Positions 14,697 to 17,766 of a DNA stretch of 17,766 bases are shown one piece after another (position 1 is the first letter of the stretch; every line of letters starts with the position of its first letter). A program made the position numbers and the translations under genes. The stretch lies in assembly GCA_048938295.1 (NCBI GenBank), contig JBHLMI010000023.1, positions 28,790-46,555 of the forward strand, read 5' to 3'. This DNA is from Promethearchaeota archaeon. Lineage in GTDB: Archaea > Asgardarchaeota > Hermodarchaeia > Hermodarchaeales > Hermodarchaeaceae. The notes beneath the pieces were generated by a model that saw nothing but the letters and a program-made list of their open reading frames with translations, had not been told where the DNA came from and ran no database searches.

Positions 14697-15935
14697 TCAT
14701 TTCTTACTTTGATGAAGCGTTTCTGGAACAAGTACCAATACAATGCTAAAAGCAATTATACTCATCATTAATGCAAATAGCAGGTTGCCTCGCAGTGTAA
14801 AGAATACAAATTGAACCAGTCCCCCTCCAATGATTGGACCAATCGCTTGACCGAGGGAATTGGCAGTGGCAATCGTGGCCATCGCCCGGCCTCTTTCCCT
14901 TACTCGACTCAAATCCGCTGCAGCTGCATAACTTGCCGTTGAAATAAGAGGATAGATGGGAATGAACCAGAGCAGCATGGCAATCCACGGATTATACACA
15001 AAGAGGTAGACTAACATGAACAATCCATACCCTGCAAACCCGAGTAAAATGATGGGTACTCGCCCAATACGATCACTCCCATGTCCCGCCGCTAACGTGA
15101 CACCTAATCCCAAAAGAGACGCGAACCCATTAGCAATTCCAATCATTAAAGGCGTTCCACCGATTTCTGAAACCAAATACACACCAAAGAAATACGCAAA
15201 CCCGTTGACTCCAAGGCTTCCTATCGCGACAGCCAAAGCTAATACGAGCAGAATCCACCGTCTTGGTTTCCACCAAGGATTTGGTGAAAGCTTGGAATCT
15301 TGTCTATAAACTTGTGAAAGAACAATTCCCTTCTCTTGGGGGATTTCCCGTACTGAAACAAGGATGACCAGTGCTGCTACTATCAATGCGATGCCACCGA
15401 GGAAGAACAATCCTGTCATTCCAATCATCGCAAATAGGAAACCACCAGTAAACGCGCCCACCGACCAACCGACACTACTAATCGCTAAGAGGATTCCAAC
15501 TGCTCCACCCTTGAAGGTTTTTGCTTCGGTGAGATAGGCATTAGCCAGAGGCACTGTAGCAAGGGAAAATAAATAGGCTGCGCAGGTTACGATGAGAAAC
15601 GTCAAGCTATCTTGAATGAAGATGTATAGGAAGAAGCTAACTGCCTGTGCAAGGAATCCAAGGATTATGAAGGGGAGCCGTCGATGCCAGCGATCAGAAA
15701 GTGAACCCCATAAGTAGACACCGGATAATCCAACCAGTATGGGTAGGCCTCCAATTAGACCTATTACCAGAAAAGCGGTTTCGCCAATTCCAGCAAATAG
15801 ATAGAAACTTCCAAATTGCCAGAAAATTGAAGCGGAGAAGTGGAAAAAAGCGAACCCTATCAGTATTCCCCAGATGAAACGCCGTGGCACGATGGGTACC
15901 GATGATCTTTCAAAATCCCCTTCTGGCAGTGCCAT
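14697..15935 (-). CDS. Major facilitator superfamily transporter
   Basis: About 12 TM helices in two halves. Motif A in both halves (WGSLSDRWHRR; GHGSDRIGR). RERGRAM and G..IGPIIGG motifs. Confidence 0.92.
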   Translation of the reverse strand: MALPEGDFERSSVPIVPRRFIWGILIGFAFFHFSASIFWQFGSFYLFAGIGETAFLVIGLIGGLPILVGLSGVYLWGSLSDRWHRRLPFIILGFLAQAVSFFLYIFIQDSLTFLIVTCAAYLFSLATVPLANAYLTEAKTFKGGAVGILLAISSVGWSVGAFTGGFLFAMIGMTGLFFLGGIALIVAALVILVSVREIPQEKGIVLSQVYRQDSKLSPNPWWKPRRWILLVLALAVAIGSLGVNGFAYFFGVYLVSEIGGTPLMIGIANGFASLLGLGVTLAAGHGSDRIGRVPIILLGFAGYGLFMLVYLFVYNPWIAMLLWFIPIYPLISTASYAAAADLSRVRERGRAMATIATANSLGQAIGPIIGGGLVQFVFFTLRGNLLFALMMSIIAFSIVLVLVPETLHQSKK

Positions 15936-16042
15936 AAACAGCCTTGTCTGTCATCTATTCAAAAAGCTAATGTCTGTGGACAAAAACCCGAGGCAATTCC
16001 GAATTCCAATGATTTTTTATCACCTGCTTCCTGCTACATCAT

Positions 16043-16756
16043 GTGAACGCTCCTTCTCAGATTAAAAAAAACAAACATCCTGGAACGCTCTACCTGGCTA
16101 CTCCTCAACATATTCAATTATTTCAACGAGCTCTTCTCCAATGGTATGAAAAAAATGGACGCGATTTACCATGGCGTCATACCCGGGATCCTTATCGCAT
16201 TCTTGTCTCTGAAATCATGCTCCATCAGACCCAGGTTGATCGGGTAATTCCCAAATACCATGAATTTCTCACAGCATATCCCACATTCGAGGCCTTGGCG
16301 GCTGCTCCAGTTGAGGAAGTGCAACAACTCTGGCGTCCGCTTGGTTATAATTTTCGACCTGGTCGGCTCCACCAAATCGCCCAATATATTGTAATGAACT
16401 GTGACGGTCAGCTTCCCTCTACAATTAGAGAGCTCATGGCTCTGCCTGGTATTGGTCGTTACACAGCTGGGGCAATTCTCAGCTTCGCATTCCATAAAGA
16501 TGCTCCCATTCTCGACACCAACGCCCAACGAGTTCTCCAACGGTATTTCGAAGTCACAGGTGATCCGATGCGTGCACCAGCAAAAAACCAACTCTGGTAC
16601 CTTGCTGAGCTTGTTATACCCCCTGGAAAAGCCTATCTTTTCAATCAGGCGATGCTTGATTTTGGTGCCCTCCAATGCACATCTAGAAACCCATCATGTC
16701 AAATTTGTCCTCTCAACAAAAAATGTCCCTATGGGCAATCCCATAGAGTAGCTTGA
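16043..16756 (+). CDS. mutY: HhH-GPD [4Fe-4S] DNA glycosylase, MutY-like, catalytic domain only
   Basis: RDLPWR..RDPY.ILVSEIML.QTQV, HhH LPGIGRYTAGAI, DTN..RV, Fe-S motif C-x6-C-x2-C-x5-C (CTSRNPSCQICPLNKKC). The protein ends right after the cluster motif. Confidence 0.85.
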   Translation: MNAPSQIKKNKHPGTLYLATPQHIQLFQRALLQWYEKNGRDLPWRHTRDPYRILVSEIMLHQTQVDRVIPKYHEFLTAYPTFEALAAAPVEEVQQLWRPLGYNFRPGRLHQIAQYIVMNCDGQLPSTIRELMALPGIGRYTAGAILSFAFHKDAPILDTNAQRVLQRYFEVTGDPMRAPAKNQLWYLAELVIPPGKAYLFNQAMLDFGALQCTSRNPSCQICPLNKKCPYGQSHRVA

Positions 16757-16759
16757 TAA

Positions 16760-17716
16760 TCAGGGCAATCCAGATTCTGGTGCAATATTGGCCTTAACGA
16801 GGTGGCTTTTTCGAGGATAATTAATTGACAAGATGCCTAAAATGACCAGAACTAGACCAATAATAAAAGTAGGGTAGATCGCTTCATTCAGCAATAAGAA
16901 GGAGAACAACGTACCAAACACAGGGACCAGTGAAATGAACACAGCAGATTTACTTGCCCCTAGGTTCTTGAGGCTAAGAAAATAGCAAAGAAATCCAAAA
17001 ACAGTTACAAAGATGCCCATATACAGGATGTTGAGCCAAAAGGTAGGGTCATACATCACCGGTAGAATCCAAAACTGTTCCAATACTGCGCCAATGAAAA
17101 AGAATAATGTGCCAAAGAAAATCCCCATGGCTGTAGTTTCGAGGGAAGAACGATTCTTCATTATAGATTTTCCAAAGATGGAGTACAAGCCCCACGTGAA
17201 CATCGCACAAATCAGAATTAGGTTGCCAATAAGATACTCAAGCTGAAAATCCAAGAATGCCTGAACGCCTACGACGAAGACGATTCCTAAGAAACTGAAC
17301 AGAAACCCGATGTACCGCCATTTCGGTGTCAATCGTTCCTGAAGAATGAGGAACGCAAGTAAACTAACGGTGACCGGGTTTATACCGGCAATGATTGACC
17401 CTTGAGTAGCTGTGGTGAACTGCATGCCGATCAAGAAAAGGCTGCCATAACCAAAGACGCCGATTAAGCCCAGCACACAAAAGAGCGCAATATCACGTTT
17501 AGTATAACTGCGGATGGATTCGTGTTGAGTAACCAACAGTAATGGAAGAAAAATGAGGCTAGCGGTCAGGAACCGGAAGAAGCCAACTGTAAAGGGTGGC
17601 GCTACTGAGACGACAACTTGCGCCGACACCCAGCTTCCACCCCAAAAGACCATCGCGAGAACCAGCAAAATGTAATACTTAAGAGTGGCAAATTCCATCA
17701 ATGATTGGCTCCTCAT
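16760..17716 (-). CDS. EamA/DMT-family transporter (two EamA repeats)
   Basis: About 10 TM helices; FWGGSW, F.RF..A, GN.L...A...WGLYSI, L...GA...AVF..LVPVF. Start is 17716 or 17698. Confidence 0.92.
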   Translation of the reverse strand: MRSQSLMEFATLKYYILLVLAMVFWGGSWVSAQVVVSVAPPFTVGFFRFLTASLIFLPLLLVTQHESIRSYTKRDIALFCVLGLIGVFGYGSLFLIGMQFTTATQGSIIAGINPVTVSLLAFLILQERLTPKWRYIGFLFSFLGIVFVVGVQAFLDFQLEYLIGNLILICAMFTWGLYSIFGKSIMKNRSSLETTAMGIFFGTLFFFIGAVLEQFWILPVMYDPTFWLNILYMGIFVTVFGFLCYFLSLKNLGASKSAVFISLVPVFGTLFSFLLLNEAIYPTFIIGLVLVILGILSINYPRKSHLVKANIAPESGLP

Positions 17717-17723
17717 CAGAGAG

Positions 17724-17744
17724 GCTCTCCTTCACGTGGAGAGC
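17724..17744 (-). promoter_or_regulatory. 7-bp hairpin occluding the putative RBS of the EamA gene
   Basis: The minus strand reads GCTCTCC-ACGTGAA-GGAGAGC; the GGAG lies in the 3' arm, ~10 nt before ATG 17716. Confidence 0.35.
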
Positions 17745-17766
17745 TAAAAATGAATGTGTTCGTCAA

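Noticed and set aside
16166-16675. Long antisense ORFs (this 169 aa one; also 13555-13941, 5368-5730, 10356-10694 and others)
   Set aside because: They are shadows of well-supported genes on the opposite strand, with no motifs or RBS.
16043-16756. MutY as a linked client of the CIA2-like protein
   Set aside because: It is 9 kb away with unrelated genes in between, so proximity is not evidence.
1-17766. CRISPR arrays, tRNA/rRNA genes, transposases, integrases, ubiquitin-like carrier with C-terminal GG
   Set aside because: No regularly spaced repeats, cloverleaf/T-loop motifs, catalytic motifs or suitable small ORF were seen by eye. ORFs under 60 aa were only checked in the larger gaps.

Overview
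Gene-dense prokaryotic window that looks archaeal: GGAGG/GGTGA ribosome-binding sites, TATA-like boxes, a COG2522-like regulator, a V4R protein and a CIA2-like DUF59 protein. An Asgard-type archaeon is plausible, but that is inference only. It holds about 17 intact genes plus one 5'-disrupted membrane-protein frame: a WD40 propeller, a GT-C-like membrane glycosyltransferase, a Cys-rich HTH regulator divergent from a SufS-type cysteine desulfurase, a coiled-coil/winged-helix protein coupled to a ThiF/MoeB E1-like enzyme, a DUF59 protein resembling eukaryotic CIA2, a stand-alone XylR-N/V4R sensor, a membrane-anchored M14 carboxypeptidase, an FGGY kinase, a nitroreductase, a DUF998-like protein, an HD hydrolase, a 4-TM protein, an MFS transporter, a short MutY and an EamA transporter. 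I saw no CRISPR array, tRNA, rRNA or transposase. Two leads stand out. (1) A ~210-nt multi-helix element fills the unusually long gap between two convergent genes (904-1219) and has IS200/IS605-end and HEARO/omega-RNA-like traits but no nuclease gene. (2) A sulfur/Fe-S neighbourhood (regulator, SufS, E1, CIA2-like protein, with a WD40 nearby) could be an archaeal counterpart of the eukaryotic CIA pathway. All family calls come from motif recognition by eye; no searches were run.
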